DNA of 37,493 nt, taken from Asterionella formosa. Taxonomy: Eukaryota. Shown piece by piece: positions 22,707 to 33,533 of the stretch. How positions within the stretch are numbered: the first letter of the stretch is position 1; every line of letters starts with the position of its first letter. The notes under the pieces were generated by a model, which worked only from the letters and a program-made list of their open reading frames with translations, was not told the origin of the DNA and made no database searches. A program made the translations under genes and the position numbers. Where the stretch lies: positions 1 through 37,493 of the forward strand of contig NKIB01015225.1 in NCBI GenBank assembly GCA_002256025.1, in the 5' to 3' direction.

Positions 22707-24480
22707 TGTCAGGTACATATGGTATTTTGCCATTTAGCTGCTAGCTAGGAGAAAGCAATGGATGTACGTGATAAGAAAAACTCTTTGACTTTGGTCAAGT
22801 ACGAGGCCCTCCTGTGGTACTGAAAAGCATCCTTAGAGTAGTGAGTACGTAACCCCTTCCAGGTTGCTGCTCATCAGGTAGAACACGGTTATTGCACAAT
22901 TACATTCTTTTGGATGGGACAACTTTTGCATTGGTTCCACGCACTGAAGGGACTAACAAACCTGGAGGTAAGGTTGGCTATGATCTGCAGACAAGAATCA
23001 AACAAATCATTACTTTAGAGGCATGAAGTAATCCACACCTGAAAAGAATGGATGATGTTCTTGTAGCGCCTTTCCTACGTCATTTGTAAATTTCAGCGAA
23101 ACGACGACTGCAACTTGCTGGTACTCAAAATGTATTTTGTTGTGGTCGGGGCCCCAAAATAAATTGAAAGATTCATGCAGTCAAATGCTCAATCACTTTG
23201 AAAAAATCAATCAACCATGATAAGAGTTGTTCATTCTACAGAGCCAAAAAATGTTGCGACATTTCTCCACCAATTCCTGTGCAATTTGGTCAATTCCTCA
23301 CATGTTTTGTAATGATGCATCATTAGAGATACTCCTGGTACTCCCATTGTTGGTATTTTGTAGTCACAACATGCTCACCAGCGGCTAATCCAGTGTGATC
23401 CATATCCTTTTGAGAATTTCGCTGTAGAAGCAATATTTTTTCTTTATGTGAGATGATGCAGTGACGGGTACTAAGTTGTCTAGATTACCTGGTTAGTGTA
23501 ATACTAAATAGCAATACATGTAGATCATTTAGAGTAATTGATTTATATTGGTCAATGCACTGACCTGCATTGGTTTGCATCCTATGAGATTTTACTACTC
23601 ACAATGAGAAAATGCTAAATAAGGTAACACATATGCGCTCCTGGAAAAATATTTATTGGTTCTAAAGATGTCGAATAAAATAGCTGAAGTTTTGAGCATC
23701 CCCAGATTTATGATGAGATGGCCATCCATGCTGTTGACAGCCTCATCAGCCTCCCAATTGAGGTTGCAAAGCGAGTAATTAACAATGTAGCTATTGTCAC
23801 TGCTCTGGTTTAAAATCTCTTTTCTTACATCTATTGGTTAGCAAAGGGTCAACAAAAAAGGGGGTTTGGAGCAATCATTCCCAGCCAGGTGACCACTATT
23901 CTACAAAAATTGCGCCGAATGTAAACAAATCAAGCTCAGATTCACCAATTTCTAGGATACTTTGAACACATATTTTTTATACACAGTTCGATCTGAAATA
24001 ACTGCTATGGGAGGGGCAATTAGCTGGACAATTCTTGGAGCTTGCTCTTCATGATAGGCATTGTCCTAAAGTTTGTTTGCAACTATGCATACCAGAACAG
24101 AGGGAGTACCAGGTACTCAAAATGCACCAAGTTGGTGGGACCATGACAAAAATTGAAAGATGTATTGTGCATGTAGCAACAAATATATAAAGTAATGGCA
24201 TGCATTCAAGAACACAATTCCAAAATGACTCATGTATGGTAAAGCCAACAGATATGGTGATGTCATGATGTCTGTCTTCGCTACGTATACCATCTTGCAT
24301 GTTTGGGGCTAATATAGTCGTCGAAACACGACTCTACCTTCGGGAACTTCACTGCAAAACGATACCGCTAATGGATTCTTGATGCATTTGCTTTTGTTTT
24401 TATCAAAAGAAAACATCGAGGTATTGTGAAATATTCGACACCAGCCAATTCTTATCGCAATTCTTGACATTGCTTGCACA

Positions 24481-25347
24481 ATGGGCATCGTTGCAACTGA
24501 TAAGCGAACTGCGAATCCCTCTTCCATGTTGGACTATAGTGGTGAGAGAGCCTACACGGCAATTGCACAGGAGGTTCCGTCATCAGGCATTGAGCTGAAC
24601 AATCCCATTCGCAGTGTCCCTGATGACTTCAGGCACATCCCCGAGGCGGGCACTTTGACTTGGCAAGACGACTTTTTTGATGACGATGATGTCGTAGCTG
24701 TCTTTGACTTTGATTACGAGAAGATGGAGTCCTTCATAACACAAGTTAAATGGGCGGAGTTGGCGTGCAGTTCCCTACACCCGCCCTTTTTTGTTTCCCT
24801 GCTTTTGTCGTGCACTCCTTGCTTCCTCAAGAAGCGAGTTCAGTGGGACGTATACGCTCAACATGCTGCGATAACCAGAGATGGAATAAGGTTTGTAAGA
24901 GATCGTCGTCGCACTTGCTGTGGACTGGCGTGCTCAGATGCTGGGAGATCCAGCAAGACTGTACCTTTTGATAAAATAACGGACTGCGACATTGAGGAAC
25001 CTGCCGGTAACACGTGCTTCTGCATCGCAAACGTTCTCAGTACTGTGAACATTGATACTGCAAGTAGCAATAGTGCGAAGCATGAGCTACAGATTCTTGG
25101 TTTGAAAAACCCTCACGAATTTAAAAAGCTGGTCTGGGCCATGAAGAGGGCCCGAGGCAATTCGTCACCTCGTGCCATGGAGATGGAGGAGAGATGTGGC
25201 TCCGGCAATTCGCAAATCTCAGACCTTCTTCGAGAGATCCGCAACGAGCTTCGCGCGAACAATGCTCTCCTCCAAGCAGTCAAGGTGCAGGAAGCCCCGC
25301 TTGAAAATCTTCCTCCCAGCACTAAATTCGAACCGGAAAATGTTTGA
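24481..25347 (+). CDS. Hypothetical protein with a PH-like (bPH_2/DUF7642-type) domain and C-terminal coiled coil, 288 aa
   Basis: Intact ORF; 'AITRDGIRF...SKTVPFDKITDCDIEEPAG...VNIDTASS...ELQILGLKNPHEFKKLVW' follows a Cys-rich hydrophobic segment; coiled coil LLREIRNELRANNALL. Family call by eye. Confidence 0.75.
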   Translation: MGIVATDKRTANPSSMLDYSGERAYTAIAQEVPSSGIELNNPIRSVPDDFRHIPEAGTLTWQDDFFDDDDVVAVFDFDYEKMESFITQVKWAELACSSLHPPFFVSLLLSCTPCFLKKRVQWDVYAQHAAITRDGIRFVRDRRRTCCGLACSDAGRSSKTVPFDKITDCDIEEPAGNTCFCIANVLSTVNIDTASSNSAKHELQILGLKNPHEFKKLVWAMKRARGNSSPRAMEMEERCGSGNSQISDLLREIRNELRANNALLQAVKVQEAPLENLPPSTKFEPENV

Positions 25348-25396
25348 AATCAAGGGACACAATTCCTATTTTAATCTACAGCAGTTACATATAACT

Positions 25397-25444
25397 CGAC
25401 TATATATTTGATATTTGCACCGACTATATATTTGATATTTGCAC
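25397..25444 (+). repeat. Perfect 24-bp tandem duplication in a 3' flank
   Basis: CGACTATATATTTGATATTTGCAC twice (25397-25420, 25421-25444). Confidence 0.95.
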
Positions 25445-25848
25445 ATGCCAGCATGACACTATCTATAGCCGTCGAACAAATGACCCTACCCGGTACTCTA
25501 TTTGTAAATGCCTAGAAAAGCGTGAAAGTAAAAGTGTGGTTGTAGAATAATCATAGTCGGCTGCAAAGCCAATATACGCGCGGCTGAAAGGCACAACAAT
25601 CCACATATTGTGTATGTGGTGGGTTATATATAATTGTCAGTTGGAACGTGACCGAGCCCACCCCCGGAAAGAAGCAGAAAGCACACTCATTCTTCTCCTC
25701 TTGACATTTGCCTACCACAAAAACAAACATTCAACACTTGATGAACATTTATAATCGAGATGAAAGAAACATGCCGACGGAATGTAACAACCCAATGATT
25801 GCTGATGGGAATCGTAGCAGCGTTCGCCTGTCCATGTCGTCTTTCCAA

Positions 25849-26136
25849 TCAAAATTGACACGATGATCGACGTTGATTTCTTTGTTGTCTACTGTAAAGT
25901 TCCTCTCCCACAATTTTTGGCGGCTGCAGCATTTTGCAGAGTACTCTCATGGGCATCAAGTCATTTGTCTTCAATAATGTAGTAGGCTTTCCATGCCTTG
26001 ATTCTTGTTGCTCGTCGCCTCCCTCTTGATGAGTGGGATCAGAAGGATTTGAAGCGACGAACAAGCAGTTCTCTTCGAGAAGAGTTGGCGTGGACCCAAG
26101 TGACCGTCGCCTTCTAACAATGCTTCGTCGCATCAT
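25849..26136 (-). CDS. Possible small hypothetical protein (95 aa from the first ATG)
   Basis: ORF in CpG-retaining, gene-like sequence with a TACCAGGTA motif just upstream; no recognisable domain. Confidence 0.3.
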   Translation of the reverse strand: MMRRSIVRRRRSLGSTPTLLEENCLFVASNPSDPTHQEGGDEQQESRHGKPTTLLKTNDLMPMRVLCKMLQPPKIVGEELYSRQQRNQRRSSCQF

Positions 26137-26515
26137 AGTATACGGTTCAGTTGTAGTCCTTGGTTTCACTTGCTATACCAGGTATCAAAGTTTGCGGATG
26201 ATGCTGGTTATCGATGTCACTGGGTTGTAGGATAAGGCAGCATTGAGTACCTGGCATGTATTTCTCAATGCAGCCATGCTTGTTCTAGTACTCGACAGGG
26301 TGCATGGAGGAGCCGAATCGATCAAGCCATATCCCGTCATGTAAAGCAAATAGAGGGCGCAGGAGTTCCGGGAATGTTAATTGATAGAGATACCGTACCG
26401 GTAGTATCATACAGGTAGTACATTCATTATATACAGTACCAGCTACTCCTACCTCTTAGTCTTGTCGATATATATCCTATGCATCATAAACCCGTACGAA
26501 CAAATGTGTACTACC

Positions 26516-26607
26516 AGCAAGTTGCGGTAATTTTCCTGAAACTAAAGATTTAGCTGTTTTTATCTGAGATTAAAATGTTAGTTTAAGCAAAATGACCGCA
26601 ACTTGCT
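26516..26607. mobile_element. ~90-bp MITE, copy 2
   Basis: AGCAAGTTGCGGTAATTTT ... AAAATGACCGCAACTTGCT (19-bp TIR, 1 mismatch); interior TAAAGATTTAGCT...AGATTAAA...TTTAAGC shared with 10986-11075. Confidence 0.85.
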
Positions 26608-27039
26608 TACCGGTAGGTAAAAAAAATTCCGCCATATGTATAAGACAGGATGGTATCATTCATTATTAGGTCCGGTAAAAGCCCGTTTAATATATGAGGG
26701 CACGAATAGTTTTAATCTTTCAAAAATTCCGAATGTATGAATATATAATTGTTTTCATATCTTCTGGGAAAAATGCACAACATATAACCTAATAAAGTTT
26801 GTCACTTATGACGTGTGAAGATGTACATTCAGACATGAATATGCAATCAATCAAAATGTAGACATCATATGAGAACATCACCATCAGCCATGTACCGATA
26901 TGGCAACATGCGCAACTCCACATAAAAAGCAACGATCCAACATAAGATACATTTCAACTATCAAGGAAGCGTCGTAGACTATCGATACAGTACCAGGTAT
27001 GCATGGCGATAGTCAAATCTGAAGAGCGCCCCATTTACA

Positions 27040-28182
27040 ATGAAGAGAATGACAGGTGGGGCTGCAGTACTCGCTGGTCTGCAGCTGCTTACAGATTCGA
27101 TACATGCATTCACTTTGTCAACTACTCCACGTTTGCTGCAACGGCCGTCGAACCGACTGAGGTCGGCATCCGACAGTATCATGTCACGAACACTGGCAGG
27201 TGACTACATGATTCAAGTGACAGACGAAGAGTGGCAACTCTACGAGATTGGAAGTGACGCCATGGAAGACTTATATTCTACAAACACACCAATCAACTTG
27301 ATGGGTGCGTTGACCCTCATGCACTGCAAAGAAAGTCTTATTCAGATAAGTTTGACCCCTTCGTCACCTATAGTATGTTCAGACTTGCTTGACATTCTGG
27401 CTCGATGCCTGGTCCAGACACTGCCTAATTTTAAGAGTCAGGCATTGCAGCTGTTTGATGACAGCGATCCAATCGTAATTAACAATCTCCATTCCCTCTT
27501 CCCAAGTCATACCGACGACGAATACATTGAATTGGTCAATCAACATGGTGACGCGCTTGCTTCCGTGCCTAGATCTTTGGCCCACCAACACAATCTGCTT
27601 CATCGAGGTATTGGTGTAATCGTCTACGATGGCCACAATGATTCCTGTTACGTTCACCAACGAACTCCCACCAAACGAATCTTTCCGTCGTTGTACGACA
27701 TGTGGTGTGGGGGGATTTCCTTGTCAAACGAAATACCTTTCATCACCGCCCAACGAGAAGTCCAGGAAGAATTGGGTTTAACTGGCACAAACATTATCCC
27801 CTTATTTCAAACTACAGTATGTACTGAGTATAATCGATGTGTGGTGCATGTCTTTTCGTATCCATGGACGGAGGGTGAGAAGATTCAATGGCAACCGGAA
27901 GAAGTGGCATGGGGAGCCTTTTGCAGCATGAAAGATGTTGAGTTGTCTGCAGAATTATGTATCTCGCGAATGATGGAACGCAAGAGTTGGCCTGGAAAAA
28001 CGCCATGGAACTGGGAAGAACGCTATCATGCCTTGTGTGTAATCGCGGATAACACGAAGAACATGAAACCCTGGACCGCATGGGACTACGTACCGGATGG
28101 GTTGCTAGTGTGGGAGGCCTGGTTGGAATGGAGAAATAACAACTTGGAAGCATACGCCCGATTAATTGGTGACAGAAGCTAA
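27040..28182 (+). CDS. Nudix hydrolase (YfcD/IDI-like fold), plastid-targeted, 380 aa
   Basis: HNLLHRGIGVIV...VHQRTPTKRIFPSLYDMWCGG and Nudix box GISLSNEIPFITAQREVQEELG, later QPEEV. Signal peptide ends IHA|FT, followed by an S/T/R-rich transit peptide. Confidence 0.88.
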   Translation: MKRMTGGAAVLAGLQLLTDSIHAFTLSTTPRLLQRPSNRLRSASDSIMSRTLAGDYMIQVTDEEWQLYEIGSDAMEDLYSTNTPINLMGALTLMHCKESLIQISLTPSSPIVCSDLLDILARCLVQTLPNFKSQALQLFDDSDPIVINNLHSLFPSHTDDEYIELVNQHGDALASVPRSLAHQHNLLHRGIGVIVYDGHNDSCYVHQRTPTKRIFPSLYDMWCGGISLSNEIPFITAQREVQEELGLTGTNIIPLFQTTVCTEYNRCVVHVFSYPWTEGEKIQWQPEEVAWGAFCSMKDVELSAELCISRMMERKSWPGKTPWNWEERYHALCVIADNTKNMKPWTAWDYVPDGLLVWEAWLEWRNNNLEAYARLIGDRS

Positions 28183-28317
28183 ACTCAGATATTTTGAATT
28201 CCTGGTGTTCCTTCTTGCTACAACAATGGGGTCAGTCCAATCTGTGAGCTTAGTAAAGTGCCTTTGGAAAGCAGGAAAATCACCAATATCCTGGTTCCAG
28301 TATAACCATATTGTTAA

Positions 28318-28968
28318 TTAAGTCTTAATCTGTACGATAGCTTCAACTTCTACTGACATGTCCAGTGGAAGAGTATTAGTCCCAATAGCGCTGCGAGCGT
28401 GATATCCTATTTCTTTGCCGAAAACCTCCATAATCACATCGGAACATCCGTCCATAACTAAATGTTGAGATTTGAAATCTACAGTCGAGTTCACAATTCC
28501 AAAGATCTAATAAAAATGGAGCCAAAAGAATTGTGAGAGAACATTTCCTGTGATTGCAGAAAAGCATATATATATATGATGTCGTCTTACCTTGACTACT
28601 TGCTCGACTCGATCTAGGTCGCCCAATTGTTTCTGTAGCGTCGAAATAATGTTTAGTCCTGCATGTCTAGCAGCCTCATAGCCATGTGCAATCGTTTGTC
28701 CATCCACGCTCTCTGGTCCAATGCGTCCTGTCATAAGGGTTCCATCTGGCTTCAGAGGCAAATGACCCGATATGTACATCATATTGCCACTCGCATGGCA
28801 CACAATGTTGTAATTGGCACGAGGTGATGGTGCCGGAGGGAGCTCGATTCCCAATTCTTCCAATTTCTTTTCCAAATGAATACAGCGACGACATGTCGTA
28901 AGAGAACTAACAACACTACTGCTCTTAGTGCGACGAGCCAAGCTATTCACCGTTCGAGATAGCATCAT
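28318..28968 (-). CDS. RidA/YjgF/YER057c/UK114 family protein, mitochondrial presequence, 2 exons (28968-28591, 28506-28318), ~188 aa
   Basis: KLEELGIELPPAPSPRANY...YISGHLP...DLDRVEQVVK | IFGIVNS..DF..QHLVMDGCSD..EVFG...HARSAIG...LPLDMSVEVEAIV. The 84-nt phase-0 GT-AG intron restores the C-terminus. Confidence 0.93.
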
Positions 28969-31766
28969 TGTACCGGTAGTACCTTTGTGGCGGAAGGTGT
29001 TCGGGTATGCATATGTTGTGTTACAGCAGGATCACAGTAATATGTCGTGGTAGCGTGCGAAAAACAAACAACTACCCTGGTACTGGTATGCTATGTAGCA
29101 GGAGTTTATGCGCGAGAATCAGTGCTAATTTAGTTGCTAGCTACGGTATATAAATTTACGACGCAAGCATTCCAGCACCGAATTGCAGATGGCTGAGGAA
29201 CAGGCATGTTAAGACAGACAGACCTTTATGATGATAAATAAATCAAGGCAGGAGATTCCCTCTGAGGAAGTAGCAGGAGCAGATCAGAAACAAAATGGGG
29301 ATCACAATCATGTGTAGTCCAACAAGCATTGCCCAAGATTTGCACAATCTTGGACAATGTTCGAAGGATGCATGTAGCAAATTCAAAAACAATCATATAT
29401 ATTGCTCTAGTACAAGCAAACCTTCCAGAAACAGAATCCAAGCTGTCATCTAATCATGATTGATGGAGTAGTTCTTCCTGATCAATCTAACAAGCCAACA
29501 ACTCAATATAATGGCTATTCCCAGCCCATCGATTTAATGGACATGCAAGGACCCAACCAACTATGTGCTATTTGCTGACTTGAGCAAATTTTTGATCTAT
29601 AATTGGTACCAGATGTAAACAATTGTGATGTTGCTAGTTAAGTCGGAAACAGATGCAGATGACAGATAGAGAAGAGGAAGATAGAACAGCAAATAACAAA
29701 AGTTGGAATGAAAGCCCATCATGATAATGATTACTCTTTTCCAAGTAAAGAACACCTACCGTCATGATGGATATGTTGATGCTACATTTTCAAGCAGGAC
29801 AAAAGCACAAGATAATGAATTAAGTTGTAATTCATCTTGATATATGTGAGAGATTCAAGCACATACTCCTTGAAGACAGATATCACACATCTGGATTGAA
29901 TTGTTTTGATAATTTGCCTTCCCTAAAAAAGTATCATGTTGAGAGTACCACTGGCTGTCTTTAGTTCCTCCATAATTTCCAACTAATTTATCATGAATGG
30001 CTGCATGTATCCACAGCAGCAAGCAAAAAGTTTAGGTAAATTCTCAAAGGCCAGGAAATATCAAAAAACAGACTTCCAAAATAGGAGCTATTCTTAGTCT
30101 AAGCCGCCCCAATTCCTGGGATCAGTGTTACAATGAAAGGCAAGCATGTGGGTTTGTTTGTGCCCAGCTACCTACAAACAGGATCACCAAGTTGATGAAT
30201 CCTCCTTGCAATGTCAAGGAGTTTGTTATTTCTTCTTAGCAAGGTTAAAGATAAAAATTTAGATCTTGCTTGCATTTGGCAAGCGAAATCAACAGAGTTT
30301 ATATAAATCTAACTTTATTATCACATTTGTACCATTATTCCATATATGGATATAGAAAAGGTACTGCTACTAGGCTACATGGCGCTGGCATTGGTGACTT
30401 AGTAGTCAATCATAGTACACTACCATAAACAACTGTGTAACTCTTCACAAAAATGGCTCTACTAGTAGGATGACAAAATGCATTTGAATCAATCACAATT
30501 GATGTACTTGATAAAACAAGGCCATCAATAGTATCTATATGCCTGTTGCTGCAAGACTCAAGATGCAAGGCATTTCACAGGATTTGCAGAAAAGTTTCCA
30601 TTATAGTATTTTTACATTCTTGGTAGTTTGATATCGGCTTCTTGAGAAGCCTCTGTATCAGGCAAGGGTACCAGTGCTACTGTGGCTTTTTGTTGGCTGT
30701 AGCAAGCTCTATAGGCAAGGTCTCAACAGTGAAGGAAACAGGGGAGTAGGCAATGGTAGCCTCATGATAAAGTTGAAGCTTTTTATGCCACTCCAAATGG
30801 AAGTTCTGCAGCACTGACTGCACGCTGACGTCCATGTTGTTGCTTGTCCCTTGAATTGGATAAGTCAATGGCAGTTGGTACACTTAGTACTCATATGCTG
30901 CTCCCTTCATTCATCCTATTCTGAAGCAGCTATCGATTGGATCAAAGGCAAAGATGAAGTAGTATAATACATCCTGTGACTGATATGATAATGCCTTTAT
31001 ATTAGATCTGCTCAATTACCATAAATCTGATGATGAGAGGCAATAGTAATGTGTGTATCAGCCAACTTTATTGATACTTACAATGTTATGTTCACTGAAA
31101 ATGTTCCCTGAATAATGGTGGTCAATGAACACATAGCAAACTTGAATCGTGTTGGTGTCTTTTGCCTTTTCTTCGTTTGTTCTCCTAAGATTATACATAA
31201 AAAAATACGGTTACACAAAAAAAGAACTTTATTTTGTTCGCAAAACGAGAAGCAAGAAACGAAGCCAGCCGTTCTGGGACCATGCATCACCCCTTTTACT
31301 GTTTACAGTACTGATACGGTACCCTGGTACCAGGTACCTGTAACGGCCATACATACATAGTACATACCGTTAGTACTCCTACCTGGTTTATTAAAATGGT
31401 TCTTGATCTTGCGAGGACGTGCATTCGATTACCGGTACTCCGAGTACCTGGTACCTAATAGCTTAGTATGTGCATCGTGTGGTACCTGATTTGGTACCCC
31501 TGGCCCCCTTCTCCCACTTCATGCCAGAGGAAGGTCGGGTAGCTGTGTTTTTGCTTTACGACAAAATATACCGGTAGTCGTCGACTAAAATGCAATTGCT
31601 GTGCGTTATTTCATTTTGCTAAATAATAAATATACAGATTTTATGTGAAATGAAAAGATGGTACTGGTACTGGTACCTGGTAGTGTATGTATGTATAAAA
31701 TAATTATATTACGCACGGTATGATATAAAAATTTTATAAGCACTTAAAGACTATCGCTGGTATAAC

Positions 31767-33533
31767 ATGTCATCTATATTAGAACACCAACGGGCGACGT
31801 CAACAAACTACCAGGGCGCTGCAACTAATCCTAGTCGGTCGTTGAGCATGTCGGAGACATCGTCCGTGATTAGTCAGCAGTTTCGCAACCCAGAAGAAAC
31901 ATCCGTTCATTTAGAACTTCGAATCCACGCGACTGGCCTTCCTCGTAGTGGAATAAGGAAGCTTCCATCCTGTTGGGCTCAGGTCGATCTCTTGGAGAGC
32001 TCTATTGCAACGGCAAGAAATCGAAGGCATTGGGGCAAGACAGAGATTGTTCCCAACTCCAGTCATCCTCAATGGACCACCACTCTTCCACTGGAGTATA
32101 AGTATGGGACTCAGGTCTACTTTTCAGTCACGGTGCTCACACACAGCGAGAAGTTTGACAATATCATTGGAGGAGCCATTTTTGAAGTCAGTGACATACT
32201 GGGTACGAGGACCAAGACCAAGCGACTCCCCAAGGGTGGCTGTCTTTTTTGCACGTTAGAACGAGCCAAAGCTCAGGTAGGCGAATCCGTCTATAAATGC
32301 CGATTCCAAGCGTCACTGAAGGCAAGTAAGCTGCAGTGGGGCTTGGACACGTATCTTGAAATTGCCAAGAAAGAAAAAAGCACGAGTTGCTCGACGTGGA
32401 TTACTATTTACCGAAGTCCACCCGTGTATGGTTCCACGTCTCCGACGTTTGATCCGACGCAACTATTGGGAATCGATTGGGGAACTTCCTTGCGAATTTC
32501 AATTTGGGTATACAAGCAAAACAGGGTTCTTGGAACATGTGAAACAACCTGGAAGTACCTATTTGACGCTCAGACGGGTCGAAACGTGCAAGAGGAAAGC
32601 CCAAAGGATTTGATCCTTGGCAAGCCAGGGGCGAATCGAACCGAAATTGGGAAACTTCGTGTGGTTGATGCCAAAATAGGGGGAGAAAACGACGACGACG
32701 AGAGTGACATGTCGTTTTCACAAAATCCAGAATATGCTACAGTTGAAATTATGTCTCTTCCTAGCGCTGGCGCTGGTGGCGGAGAATGCATGAATGGTCA
32801 TGCAAGTTTCTACCGTGCAAGCTCGCAACCAACATTCCAAGACTACGTGAATGGAGGATTGCAACTGGATGTGGTTGTGGCAATTGACTATACATCGTCT
32901 AATGGTGATCCCCGCCGTCCAGAGTCTCTTCACTATCTGAACCCTGATTCTTTGAATGATTACGAAGAAGTTATTTCCTCGGTCGGCGATGCACTCGCAT
33001 CATACAGCCAATCTAAACAATTTCCTGTCTATGGCTTTGGGGCTAAATTTGACGGTACCGTTCGACACATTTTTCAATGTGGCTCTTCTAAAGAAGTCAA
33101 GGGAGTAAATGGTATTTTGGAAGCCTATCGGAGTGTGTTTAAAAGTGAAATTACCATGAGTGGCCCTACGGTTCTGGATCAGGTGATTCAAGCCGCAGCA
33201 ATGAGAACCCATAAGTTTCAGCAGATGCACGATCATTTAAGGTATTGCGTGTTGTTGATAATTACAGATGGGATTGTGAATGATTTACAAGCAACAAAAC
33301 GCAAACTTGGAGCGTATTCCAATTTGCCTATGTCAGTGATTATAGCTGGTGTCGGACGAGCCGATTTCAGTGCTATGTATATTCTGACTTCTGCCATTCC
33401 TGGTACTCGACTCAACACAACATTCGTAACGTTTCGTCAACATCAACAAGGGCCAACGTCATTGGCCAAGGCCGCCTTGAAGGATCTCCCAGAGCAGATT
33501 GTGGAATATTTCAAAAGTCACGTAGAGCGCTAA
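31767..33533 (+). CDS. Copine (two C2 domains plus vWA domain), 588 aa
   Basis: GKTEIV..SSHPQW (C2); VAIDYTSSNGDPRRPESLHY, FPVYGFGAK, SGPT, LLIITDG, LPMSVIIAGVG.ADF and LPEQIVEYF are copine vWA motifs. Confidence 0.93.
   Translation: MSSILEHQRATSTNYQGAATNPSRSLSMSETSSVISQQFRNPEETSVHLELRIHATGLPRSGIRKLPSCWAQVDLLESSIATARNRRHWGKTEIVPNSSHPQWTTTLPLEYKYGTQVYFSVTVLTHSEKFDNIIGGAIFEVSDILGTRTKTKRLPKGGCLFCTLERAKAQVGESVYKCRFQASLKASKLQWGLDTYLEIAKKEKSTSCSTWITIYRSPPVYGSTSPTFDPTQLLGIDWGTSLRISIWVYKQNRVLGTCETTWKYLFDAQTGRNVQEESPKDLILGKPGANRTEIGKLRVVDAKIGGENDDDESDMSFSQNPEYATVEIMSLPSAGAGGGECMNGHASFYRASSQPTFQDYVNGGLQLDVVVAIDYTSSNGDPRRPESLHYLNPDSLNDYEEVISSVGDALASYSQSKQFPVYGFGAKFDGTVRHIFQCGSSKEVKGVNGILEAYRSVFKSEITMSGPTVLDQVIQAAAMRTHKFQQMHDHLRYCVLLIITDGIVNDLQATKRKLGAYSNLPMSVIIAGVGRADFSAMYILTSAIPGTRLNTTFVTFRQHQQGPTSLAKAALKDLPEQIVEYFKSHVER

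Noticed and set aside
27040..28182. Isopentenyl-diphosphate isomerase call
   Set aside because: It has WCGG in place of the C-x-x-H motif of type 1 IDI and an intact Nudix box, so I call it a Nudix hydrolase.
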